In this document: positions 1-8,372 of the stretch, piece after piece
How the letters are laid out: the number at the start of each line of letters is the position of its first letter
Numbering within the stretch: the stretch's first letter is position 1
Source of the DNA: Myxococcota bacterium
GTDB lineage: Bacteria; Myxococcota_A; UBA796; UBA2385
Assembly (NCBI GenBank): GCA_044344255.1
Contig: JBIJDH010000003.1
Span: forward strand, 128,001 to 192,000
DNA length: 64,000 bases
Direction of reading: 5' to 3'
Translations under genes and position numbers: made by a program
The notes under the pieces: model-generated
Seen by the model: the letters and a program-made list of their open reading frames with translations, nothing else
The model's database searches: none
Told to the model about the DNA's origin: nothing

Positions 1-1
1 C

Positions 2-784
2 GAGTTCATCTTCTTCGTTGACCTCACCTTCACGGCGCACAAGAAGCAGACCCTCGAGTACCTCGACGTCATCGGGCAGCACGACATCGGCTGGACCTGC
101 CTCACCCGCAACGCCGACGTCGACCTCGAGGTCACCACCCGAATGGGCGAGACGGGCTGCGACATCGGGCTGTTTGGCGTCGAGACGCTCACCCCCGAGG
201 TCTTGAAGGAGGCCCGGAAGGGTTCGACCGAGAACCTCGTCTTCCGCGCGATGCGCAACGCCGAAGAGGGCGGCATCCGCTACGGCGGCCTCACCATCGT
301 CGGCCTTCCGGGAGAGACGGAGGAGAGCCTCGACCATATGTGCGGCTGGGCTGAGGAGCACAACCACATCACCCGCGTGAAGTACCTCTCTGCCATGCCG
401 GGCACGACGGTCTATCGACAGGGCCTGGAGTCCGGGGTCATCCGCAGCGAGGTGGAGCACCTCCGCTGGCTGTCCGTCGAGCAGGCGCTGGAGCGCGACG
501 AGTTCCTCAACTACAACGGCCTGCCGGACGCCGTGATGCGTCGCGCTTACAAGCGCATCTACGACAGCTACTGCCCCGGTCCGGTGATGGACTTCAAACA
601 TTACCCGGAGCACTTCGCCTATTTCGATCCCGATCCGAACCCCGCCAAGCCTTGGCGCGCCAACTTCGCCTCCGCCGGCGCGCACCCCTTCCCGGGGAGC
701 GAGGAATTCCGCGGCCTGAAGCCAGCGAGCGAGGGGGTCACCCTCACGAACGTGGTCGCCAGCGAGTTCAACGCGCAGGTCTGA
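2..784 (+). CDS. B12-binding (class B-type) radical SAM protein, C-terminal part (5' end outside window)
   Basis: Frame is open from base 2 (EFIFFVDLTFTAHKKQTLEYLDVIGQHDIGWTCLTRNADVD...) into the 143..784 ORF. The FFVDLTF, GCxxxxFGVET and IVGLPGET...PGT motifs are typical of the TIM-barrel half of cobalamin-dependent radical SAM enzymes. CxxxCxxC and the B12 domain would lie upstream of the window. Confidence 0.75.
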   Translation, partial: EFIFFVDLTFTAHKKQTLEYLDVIGQHDIGWTCLTRNADVDLEVTTRMGETGCDIGLFGVETLTPEVLKEARKGSTENLVFRAMRNAEEGGIRYGGLTIVGLPGETEESLDHMCGWAEEHNHITRVKYLSAMPGTTVYRQGLESGVIRSEVEHLRWLSVEQALERDEFLNYNGLPDAVMRRAYKRIYDSYCPGPVMDFKHYPEHFAYFDPDPNPAKPWRANFASAGAHPFPGSEEFRGLKPASEGVTLTNVVASEFNAQV

Positions 785-797
785 GGCCCCGGCGCCC

Positions 798-1559
798 TCA
801 GCGGGTGGCGACCGCGACGCCGAAGAGCATTCGGTCGATGATCTGCCCGTCCCCTTGCTCCACGCCGTGGAGCGAGAGGAAGGCCGCGCTGCCCTTCGCA
901 TAGACCTGCCGGATGGCCTCGCGGGCGCTGTCCTCGATGGCCTTGTTGTCCGCCCAGGCGTCGACGTCTTCGACGCTCACGTAGTCCCGCACCTCCACGT
1001 GCTGGGCGCCGGCGTCGCGCAGGCGCGAGGCGAGAGACGCGCGGGTGTAGAAATTGCGGCGGGCCGGGTTTCGGAGGCGGAGCACCTCGAAGTACTCGCG
1101 GGCGTCCTCCTCGCCATAGGCGCAGAGGTTGACGATGACCACGCGACCCCCGGGCTTGACCACCCGGAGCATCTCGCGGAAGGCGGCGAGGTCGTCCATG
1201 AACTGGCTGCCCTGCCGGCAGACCACCGCGTCAAAGGTCGCCTCGGCGAAGGGCAAGCGCTCGGCGGGAGACTGGACGAGGACATCGACGTGCGGCCGAG
1301 CCTGCTCGAACATCGCAGGGGTGACGTCCAGGCCCGTGATGTGGGCCACCCGGCCTCGGAAGGCGCGAGAGACGAGGCCGGTGCCCACCGCGACGTCCAG
1401 CAGCCGGTCGGCCGGGGCAGGGGCCACCGCCGCGACCGTGGCCTCGGCGAGGGCGGGGTCGGTGCACCAACGGCTGGAGCGGTCATAGTGGCCGGCCCGC
1501 TTGGTGAAGTGCTCCAGGACAGCGTCGAGGGCAGGGGTCGCGGGGTCGGTGGGGCTCAT
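798..1559 (-). CDS. Class I SAM-dependent methyltransferase
   Basis: Start MSPTDP at 1559 overlaps the upstream stop (ATGA). Motif I LLDVAVGTG, acidic GLD, LPFAEATFDAVV and RVVKPGG. Confidence 0.9.
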   Translation of the reverse strand: MSPTDPATPALDAVLEHFTKRAGHYDRSSRWCTDPALAEATVAAVAPAPADRLLDVAVGTGLVSRAFRGRVAHITGLDVTPAMFEQARPHVDVLVQSPAERLPFAEATFDAVVCRQGSQFMDDLAAFREMLRVVKPGGRVVIVNLCAYGEEDAREYFEVLRLRNPARRNFYTRASLASRLRDAGAQHVEVRDYVSVEDVDAWADNKAIEDSAREAIRQVYAKGSAAFLSLHGVEQGDGQIIDRMLFGVAVATR

Positions 1560-3502
1560 CGGGGGCTCGGCTTGGTGGCGGAGAAGATGCACCAGCGCCA
1601 CTGGTCGCGGATGTGACCGGCGGCGGAGATCTCGAAGGGGTGGACCAGTCGGGCCTCGGCGGGCGCGTGGTGGTAGAGGTCGCGGATCTCGTGTCGCATG
1701 AGGTTCGGCGTCTCGTGCGTGTTGATCCAGAGGTCGATGTCCTCCCATTGGAAGACCTCGCGCATCACGATGTCGACGAAGCCGGCCTCTTCGAGGAGGC
1801 GGCGCATGTCGGCCTCCATCAGGTTGTTGAAGAAGAGGGGCTGCTTCTTCTTTACGACGCGGAAGAACCAAGCGGCGTCACCCTCGCCGTAGGGGACCAT
1901 CTGTCCGACGATGAACTGGCCGCCGGGCTTGAGCACCCGAAAGACCTCCGAGACCGGCTTCTCAGGGCGGGGCAGCAGGTGGAGCACCTCCCGGTTGCAG
2001 ACGATGTCGAACCGATCGGCGGGGAAGGGGATGTCATAGACGTCGCCCTGCACCACCTCGTCGAGGCGGGTGCGGGCGAGGGTGATCATCTCGGGGGTGA
2101 GATCGAGGCCGGTGATGTGGCCGACCCGGCCCCGGAAGGAGGCCCCCACGACGCCGCTGCCGCAGCAGACGTCGAGCACCTGCGCGTCCGGACCCTGCCG
2201 ACAGAGCTCGGCGTGGGTGGAGAGGATGGTGGGGTCGGTCAGCCAGCGGGCGCTGTCGTGCCAGTTCTTGGAGCGGATTCCGAACTGCTGCCGATAGACC
2301 TCCTTGGACACGATGCTGTCGACGGTGCGGTAGCGAGCGCGCTCGCTCGCCCGCCGCGCCGCCGAGCGGGCTCGCCCGGCCTCGAGCGCCTTGCCGACGA
2401 TGGTGTTGCGGAGCGCCGGATCGGCGGAGAGGCGCTCCCGGAGGGCCGCGGAGATCACCGCCTCGACGGCGCGGGTGGCGGAGCGCGACGTGAGGACCGT
2501 CTTCGTCTGTCCTTCGAATTCAGGCTCGCTCATGCGCACGCTCAGCACGGCGACGAGGCCCTCGCGGACGTCGTATCCGGCGATGTGCTCACCGTTGGCC
2601 TCGTTGAGGAGGCCGGCCGCAGCCGCCGCCTCGTTCACGGCGCGGGTGAGCGCCGCCCGGAGGCCCTCCACGTGGGTGCCGCCCTGGGTGGTGCCGATGC
2701 TGTTGACATAAGAGAGCAGCTCTTCGCTGTAGTCGTGGGTCCACTGCAGCGCGGCCTCCACTTCGAGGCCCTCGAAGCGGCCCCGCAGGTGGAGCGGGGA
2801 GGGGTGCGCCGGGACTCGCTGTGCGGCGAGGTGGGCCACGAAGCCGGCGATGCCGGTCTCGAACCGATAGACGGCCTCGTCGGCCCCGGGGGTGCGCAGC
2901 GAGACGCGGAGCCCGGGGTGCAGATAGGCCTGCTCCTGGACGTATCGGGTGAGCGTCTCGACATCGAGGCCGATGCCCTCGGTGAAGATGGCGGGGTCTG
3001 GCCGGAAGCGGACCTGGGTGCCGCGGCGGTCGGCCTCCGGCGCCGGGGTGGAGGCCCCGAGCACGCGGCCCTGGGCGCAGCGGAGCTCGTGGCGGAGGCC
3101 CGCGCGCCAGACGGTCAACGTCAGGGACGCGGAGAGGGCGTTGACGCAGGTGAGGCCGACGCCGTGGAGGCCGCCGGTCACCCCGTAGGCGCCGGACTGG
3201 AACTTCCCGCCCGCGTGGAGCTCGGTGACGACGACCTCGAGGGTGGGGCGGCCGCTCTGCGGGTGCGGCTCGGTGGGGATGCCGCGCCCGTCATCTTCTA
3301 CGGTGACCGTGCCATCGTCGTCCACGACGACGGAGATCGCGGTGCACGAGCCGGTGAGGGCCTCGTCCACCGCATTTTGTACGACCTCCATCACGAGGTG
3401 GAAGACGCCGTCGGGGCCGGTGGAGCCCACGTACATGGCCGGGCGGCGGCGGACGGCCTCGAGACCGGGGAGAATGACGATGGAGTCAGCGTCGTAGCGC
3501 AT
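1556..3502 (-). CDS. Fusion: GyrB/ParE-type GHKL ATPase + transducer domain (about aa 1-392) joined to a class I SAM methyltransferase (about aa 393-648); no TOPRIM domain
   Basis: Start MRYDADSIVILPGLEAVRRRPAMYVG at 3502 (TGATG overlap). GyrB motifs EVVQNAVDE, DDGRGIP, LHAGGKF, GGLHGVG, GGTH and FEGQTK, followed by VLDVCCGSG, GLD and RVLKPGG of a methyltransferase. The upstream part of the 1189-aa ORF-track entry is a spurious extension. Confidence 0.92.
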   Translation of the reverse strand: MRYDADSIVILPGLEAVRRRPAMYVGSTGPDGVFHLVMEVVQNAVDEALTGSCTAISVVVDDDGTVTVEDDGRGIPTEPHPQSGRPTLEVVVTELHAGGKFQSGAYGVTGGLHGVGLTCVNALSASLTLTVWRAGLRHELRCAQGRVLGASTPAPEADRRGTQVRFRPDPAIFTEGIGLDVETLTRYVQEQAYLHPGLRVSLRTPGADEAVYRFETGIAGFVAHLAAQRVPAHPSPLHLRGRFEGLEVEAALQWTHDYSEELLSYVNSIGTTQGGTHVEGLRAALTRAVNEAAAAAGLLNEANGEHIAGYDVREGLVAVLSVRMSEPEFEGQTKTVLTSRSATRAVEAVISAALRERLSADPALRNTIVGKALEAGRARSAARRASERARYRTVDSIVSKEVYRQQFGIRSKNWHDSARWLTDPTILSTHAELCRQGPDAQVLDVCCGSGVVGASFRGRVGHITGLDLTPEMITLARTRLDEVVQGDVYDIPFPADRFDIVCNREVLHLLPRPEKPVSEVFRVLKPGGQFIVGQMVPYGEGDAAWFFRVVKKKQPLFFNNLMEADMRRLLEEAGFVDIVMREVFQWEDIDLWINTHETPNLMRHEIRDLYHHAPAEARLVHPFEISAAGHIRDQWRWCIFSATKPSPR

Positions 3503-4014
3503 CAACCCTCCACGGCGACAGGAGGGCTGAGGCGAGGCAGGTGCGCGCGGCGGCTGTGCGCCACCGACTCGAACCAGGAGGCGATGTCGGGGAAACCCTC
3601 GGCCGCCGCGGTGCGGGCGTACTCGGGGAGGTGCTCTTGGAGCTCGAGGGAGGTCGCGGCGTGCAGCGCCGCGAGGTTCCACGCGGTCTCGCCGATGGCC
3701 CGGTTGGTGAGCGGGTCGCCCACGCGACGGAGGAAGTCGAGGTGACCGCTGGCGATGAGCTCGACCGTCTCCGCCATCTCGCGGAGCGCGGTCGCGACGG
3801 TGGGGTGGCCCTCGAGCTCGGCGAGCCGCGCGAAGCTCACCAGAAGCCGGGCCGCGGCGGCGTCCCGGATGAAGGCCTCGCGGAGGTGCTCGTGCGTGCG
3901 CGTGCCGAAGAGGTCGGTCAGGCCGGAGGTCGGGGCACCGGGGCCGCCCGAGGCCTCCGGGCCGGCCGTCGGGAGCCCGGGTGCGGGAGGGGAGGGGAAG
4001 ATCGCGGGTGGCAT
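3502..4014 (-). CDS. Rubrerythrin-like (ferritin-fold) protein with degenerate di-iron ligands
   Basis: GTRTHEHLREAF...AELEGH...GHLDFLRRVGDPLT...IGET..NL...YARTAAAEGFPDIASWFE resembles short rubrerythrins. Start could be 4014 (ATG) or 4023 (GTG). Confidence 0.8.
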   Translation of the reverse strand: MPPAIFPSPPAPGLPTAGPEASGGPGAPTSGLTDLFGTRTHEHLREAFIRDAAAARLLVSFARLAELEGHPTVATALREMAETVELIASGHLDFLRRVGDPLTNRAIGETAWNLAALHAATSLELQEHLPEYARTAAAEGFPDIASWFESVAHSRRAHLPRLSPPVAVEG

Positions 4015-4023
4015 CCGCCCCAC

Positions 4024-4944
4024 CTACTCGGCGAGGTCGCCCTCGTCGACCATTGGGGAGGGGGCATTCCGTCCTTGAGGACGATCTCGGTCGACGCCCC
4101 GCGCATCGACCTTGTCCCGCCAGCTCCCCCAGTGGGGGCCATCCCCTTCGAAACGATCTCTGGGCGCGTCGGGACCAAGCAGGGCCCGGAGCTCGCGACG
4201 CCCTTCCAGTCGATTGGAGTGGTACCGAAGCTGCGTGGCGGAGTAACGGTGCGCGGCCCCCTCCGGGCAGGCGAGGCGCGCCTCGCAGGTCGAGGCGCAG
4301 CGCGGGGACTCCCGGTGGAAGTCGACGCAGCGGTCGACATTCCAGCGTCCCTCCGGGAAGGCGTCGCCCGGGCAGGCGCGCGTACAGGGGGCGGGGCAGG
4401 CCAGGCAGGGCGCGGCGAGGGCGCTCGGGTCTTCGGCCGCCGGGGCGCCTGGGCGGCGAGCGTAGGCGCCGAAGGTGGCGGTGTCGTCTGCTGCGGCTTC
4501 GAGGAAGCAGGCGGCGCGGAGCCCGATCCAGGGGCCGTAGGCGGGGTGGAGCAGCAGGCCGAGCCGGCTCTGGGCGCCGAGGCCGGCGAGGCCCGCCAGC
4601 AGTCGGAAGTCGATGTGCAGGTCGGCCTCCGCGCTCGCCCAGAACCACCGGCGGGGGCCCGCCCCGAGGGCGTGGTCGGCGGTGGCGATGGTGCGGCGGA
4701 CGAAGGCGTCGAGCGGGTGCGGCTCCTCGGTGAGCGAGGTCGGGCGGGCGGCGAGCTCCGCGAGGAGGGCCGTCCACAGCGCGCCGCCGCCGTTGGCGAC
4801 GACGAGGATCGAGCGGGCGCCGGGCTGGAGGGCCGACGATCGGCGGCTCGGCAGGGCGACCGCGTCCCAGTCGGAGACCGCGGCGACCGCGAGCAGGTTG
4901 AGGCCGGCGGGGAGGACAGATCGTTGAAAGGCGTCGAGGTCCAT
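4024..4944 (-). CDS. QueG/CblC(MMACHC)-like protein with C-terminal Fe-S cysteine cluster
   Basis: LAGLG-x-SRLGLLLHPAYGPWIGLRA motif of the QueG/MMACHC-like fold. C-terminal CxxCxxxCxxxCP...CxxxCxARxACP. Confidence 0.7.
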   Translation of the reverse strand: MDLDAFQRSVLPAGLNLLAVAAVSDWDAVALPSRRSSALQPGARSILVVANGGGALWTALLAELAARPTSLTEEPHPLDAFVRRTIATADHALGAGPRRWFWASAEADLHIDFRLLAGLAGLGAQSRLGLLLHPAYGPWIGLRAACFLEAAADDTATFGAYARRPGAPAAEDPSALAAPCLACPAPCTRACPGDAFPEGRWNVDRCVDFHRESPRCASTCEARLACPEGAAHRYSATQLRYHSNRLEGRRELRALLGPDAPRDRFEGDGPHWGSWRDKVDARGVDRDRPQGRNAPSPMVDEGDLAE

Positions 4945-5039
4945 GCGGTCGGTTATCTCGCTCGCCCCGGGGCGCAGCGACCGCTGAGCTCGGCGAGGCA
5001 GCCGGTAGAGCCTGACCGATGGAGCCTGACCCGCAGACG

Positions 5040-6101
5040 ATGACCCCCGACCCCATCCTCATCGTCGGGACCGAGCGGAGCGGCTCCAACCTGCTCCGGC
5101 TGGTGCTGAACAGCCACTCCCGCATCCAAGTGCCGCATCCACCGCACCTCGTCCGCTACTTCGCGCCGATCATCGCCGATTATGGTGATCTCTCCCAGGA
5201 CGAGAACCTGCTCCGGCTGGCCGAAGACGCCGTCTCTCTCGTGAGCGGGCACATCTATCGGTGGGAGCACCGGCTCGATCCCCGGGCGGTGGCGGCGCTG
5301 GCCGAGCCGCGTGACCTCCTCGGGGTCTACTTCGCCGTGATGGAGCTCGATCGGCGGGCCTCCGGCAAGGCGCGCTCGGCCTGTAAGAGCACCTTCATGG
5401 TGCATCACATCGACACGGTGCGGCGGGCCCGCCCGGGGGCGCGCTTCCTCTTCCTCCACCGCGACCCGCGCGACGTGGCGGCCAGCGCCCGGCGCAGCGT
5501 CTTCTCTACCTTTCACCCATGGTATACGGCAAACCTCTGGCGGGAGGAGCAGGCCCTCGGCCTCCGCGCGCTGGGCGCCCTCCCCGCAGGGGTCATCCTC
5601 CCCGTCGCCTACGAGGCCCTCGTGGCCGCGCCGGAGCGGGAGCTCCGCCGGATCTGTGACTTCCTCGGTGAGGCCTTCGAGCCGGCGATGCTGCGGCACG
5701 CCGAGACCGCGGAGGCCCAGAAGAGCGCTGGCCTCGCCGAGTCCTGGGCGCGGACCGGGGAGCCGATCAGCGCGGCCTCCGTCTCGCGCTACCGGGCCGA
5801 TCTGAGCGAGCGGGAGATCGGCCTCGTCGAGTATGTCACCCGCCACGAGCTGCTCGCCCTCGGCTATGTGCCGGAGGTGGCGGCCCCGGCTCCGCCCTCG
5901 GCGGTGGAGCTGGCGCGCTTCGCGGTCGAGGAGCGCGCCGCGGAGCTCCGGGTCGAGCTGCGCTCCCTCCGGAAGGACGACAACGTGGCCGCGCGATGGA
6001 GGCGCGGCGCCTGGCTCAAGCTCCTCCGCTGGCGCGCGGCGCTGCGGGGCCGATCGACGCCCCGTGGCGCGTCGCCTGGGGCCCCGGGCGGCCCGGCGTG
6101 A
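5040..6101 (+). CDS. Sulfotransferase family protein
   Basis: 5'-PSB loop IVGTERSGSNLL, then KST, FLFLHRDPRDVAAS (3'-PB) and YEALVAAPERELRRICDFLG. Alternative start 5019. Confidence 0.9.
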   Translation: MTPDPILIVGTERSGSNLLRLVLNSHSRIQVPHPPHLVRYFAPIIADYGDLSQDENLLRLAEDAVSLVSGHIYRWEHRLDPRAVAALAEPRDLLGVYFAVMELDRRASGKARSACKSTFMVHHIDTVRRARPGARFLFLHRDPRDVAASARRSVFSTFHPWYTANLWREEQALGLRALGALPAGVILPVAYEALVAAPERELRRICDFLGEAFEPAMLRHAETAEAQKSAGLAESWARTGEPISAASVSRYRADLSEREIGLVEYVTRHELLALGYVPEVAAPAPPSAVELARFAVEERAAELRVELRSLRKDDNVAARWRRGAWLKLLRWRAALRGRSTPRGASPGAPGGPA

Positions 6102-7444
6102 GCGCCGACGCCACAGCCCGGGACACGCTCCAGCGCAGGCTCCACGCCCTCGAGGCGGACGCGGCCCTGCCCGCCCTCCCCGATGAGCCCCTCCCCGACG
6201 AGGCCCTCCGCGATCTCGTCGTGATCCTGTCGAGCTCGCGCGGCGGATCGAGCATCCTCGCCGAGGCCCTCCGCCGGCAGACCGGGCTCCTGCACTTCCG
6301 GGCCGAGGTCAACCCCTTCTTCGTGATGGCCGGCCTGAGCTGCGGGCAAGGCGGCGCCCGCTCGGACGCCCTCGGCGAGGCGGACCTCCAGCGCGCCCCC
6401 GAGGTGCGTGCCCTGCGCCGCGCCCTGCTCGCCGACATCGGCCGACCGCGAAGCACCCTGCCCGACGCCGCGGCCCGGCGGCGATACGGCCTCGATCTGG
6501 CGAGGCGCTTCACCCTGCAGTGGCCGACCCTCGAGCTCGAGCTCGAAGGTGTGCACGCGGCCCTCGAGCGGGCGCTCGACGCGGCGGCCCGGGCTCAGCG
6601 GGGGGGCGACGGGGGTGGCGAGAGGGGGGGCGAGGTCGACCTCTCCGATCCGCGCCTCGTCGTCGCTCTCGTCATCCGGGAGCTGCGCGGCCAGGGCCTC
6701 CCCATCCATCCATACGCCTACGACATCGACCCTGGGCTCCTCCGCGCCCTGTTCCCCGGTGTGCTGCCGCGCTTCGAGCCCGAGGGGCCGATCATCGAGG
6801 AGCCGCCCTACGTCGCGATCTCGCCCTGGGCCCCGGCGACCGCCGAGGAGCTCCAGCGCCTGCCCGTGGTGATGAAGACGCCGAGCAATGTCTACCGGCT
6901 CCCCTTCCTGGCGGGGCTCTTCCCGGAGGCCCGGCTGCGACTGCTCCACCTCCGGCGAAACGTAGCCTCGAGCGTCAACGGGCTCCTCGACGGCTGGGGC
7001 CACCCGGGCTTCCACAGCCATCGCCTGGGCGGGCCCGGCGGCGCGGAGGGTTGGTGGAAGTTCGATCTGCCCCCCGGCTGGGAGGCCTGGGTCGACGCGC
7101 CGCCCGGCCTTCGCTGCGCCTGGCAGTGGCGGTCGGCCCACCGCGCCGCGCTCGAATTTTTGCGCCAACGGCCCGACCTGCCGCGCTTCGCCCTCCGCTT
7201 CGAAGACCTGCTCCGGGGCGGCGAGGTCGAGGCGGCCGCGGTGGAGGCGCTCGCGGGCTGGCTGGGCGCCCCCCTCTCACCCGGCCTGCTCGACGGGGTC
7301 CCCGCGGTGATGGCGACCGCGCCGCCCCGCCGCCGTCGCTGGTTCGCCCGCGCGGCCGAGCTCGGTCCGGTGCTCGAAGACCCTGACAACATCCGCATGA
7401 TGGAGGAGCTTGGTTATGAGTCGGAGCTCACTACCTGGCTTTAG
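6098..7444 (+). CDS. Sulfotransferase-like protein with a large internal insertion
   Basis: GTG start overlaps the upstream stop (GTGA). VILSSSRGGSSIL PSB-like loop, VMKTPSN, LFPEARLRLLHLRRN and LRFEDLL. Confidence 0.8.
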   Translation: MSADATARDTLQRRLHALEADAALPALPDEPLPDEALRDLVVILSSSRGGSSILAEALRRQTGLLHFRAEVNPFFVMAGLSCGQGGARSDALGEADLQRAPEVRALRRALLADIGRPRSTLPDAAARRRYGLDLARRFTLQWPTLELELEGVHAALERALDAAARAQRGGDGGGERGGEVDLSDPRLVVALVIRELRGQGLPIHPYAYDIDPGLLRALFPGVLPRFEPEGPIIEEPPYVAISPWAPATAEELQRLPVVMKTPSNVYRLPFLAGLFPEARLRLLHLRRNVASSVNGLLDGWGHPGFHSHRLGGPGGAEGWWKFDLPPGWEAWVDAPPGLRCAWQWRSAHRAALEFLRQRPDLPRFALRFEDLLRGGEVEAAAVEALAGWLGAPLSPGLLDGVPAVMATAPPRRRRWFARAAELGPVLEDPDNIRMMEELGYESELTTWL

Positions 7445-8369
7445 GCACGAGGCCCCGAGCCACTTGGGCGGCCTGGGCTGGCGGCCTCGGACCCTCTCCC
7501 ACCGCGAGGAGATGGGCGCGCTCTGGACCGCCTCGGGCCTCTCCTCGCCGGTGGCCCCGCTCCAGGAGGTGGTGCTCGCCCTGCCCGGCCTCGAGCAGCG
7601 GTACTCCGAGGATCCCGCGCTGTGGTTGATGGAGGAGCGGCCGGAGCTCGATCGGATGCGGGGAGAGTTCGAGGGGCTGGTGAAGGCCTACCAAGCCGAG
7701 GGGGTGGTGGTGCAGGTCCACCGCCCACGCCAGCCGACGCCGAACCACATCTTCTGCTGCGACCTCTTCTTCGCCACCCCTGAGGGCATCATCCTCTCGC
7801 GGATGGCCTCCGAGCAGCGGGCCGGGGAGGAGCGGGAGATCGCGGCCTTCTTCGCCCGGATGGGCGTCCCCATCCTGCTCACGCCGCGGGGGCACGCCAC
7901 CTTTGAGGGGGCGGACGCGATGTGGCTCGACGCCCGCACGGTGCTCATCGGCATCGGAAACCGGACCAACGAGGCGGCGGTGGCCCAGCTCCGCCCCCTG
8001 CTCGAGTCGATGGGGGTGGAGGTCCGGGTCTGCACGCTCACGAGCGGGGTCCAGCACCTGCTCGGCGCCTTCAACCCCGTCGACGAGCGGGTCGCGTGTG
8101 TGCTCGCCGACGAGCTCAGCCCCTCCCTCCGTCGCGCGCTGTCCGGCTGGCGCCTGATCCTCCTGCCCAGCACCCCCGAGACCCGCCGTGGCCGGGCGAT
8201 GAACTTCGTCACGCTGTCCCCGCGCCGCGTCCTCATGCCGGCGGGGAGCCCCAACACACGCGCCCTCTACGAGTCGCAGGGCATCACGGTGATCGAGGCC
8301 CCGATCGACCAGTACCTGCGCGCGGCCGGCGGCATGGGCTGCCTCACCGGCGTCCTGCGCCGCGGCTGA
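7416..8369 (+). CDS. Amidinotransferase / arginine deiminase / DDAH (pentein) family protein
   Basis: IFCCD, SRMASEQRAGE, FEGAD, GNRTN, QHL, MNFV and C-terminal GGMGCLT with the catalytic Cys. Overlaps the upstream gene end. Confidence 0.88.
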   Translation: MSRSSLPGFRHEAPSHLGGLGWRPRTLSHREEMGALWTASGLSSPVAPLQEVVLALPGLEQRYSEDPALWLMEERPELDRMRGEFEGLVKAYQAEGVVVQVHRPRQPTPNHIFCCDLFFATPEGIILSRMASEQRAGEEREIAAFFARMGVPILLTPRGHATFEGADAMWLDARTVLIGIGNRTNEAAVAQLRPLLESMGVEVRVCTLTSGVQHLLGAFNPVDERVACVLADELSPSLRRALSGWRLILLPSTPETRRGRAMNFVTLSPRRVLMPAGSPNTRALYESQGITVIEAPIDQYLRAAGGMGCLTGVLRRG

Positions 8370-8372
8370 GCT

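Noticed and set aside
1556..3502. Annotation as housekeeping gyrB/parE or as a gyrB pseudogene
   Set aside because: There is no TOPRIM or C-terminal domain and no gyrA or dnaA-dnaN-recF context. The frame is intact into a complete methyltransferase, and the ATPase motifs are conserved.
1556..5125. 1189-aa ORF read as one giant protein
   Set aside because: The first ~540 aa are Arg/Pro-rich off-frame translation over two real same-strand genes. The GyrB-like N-terminus begins at ATG 3502.
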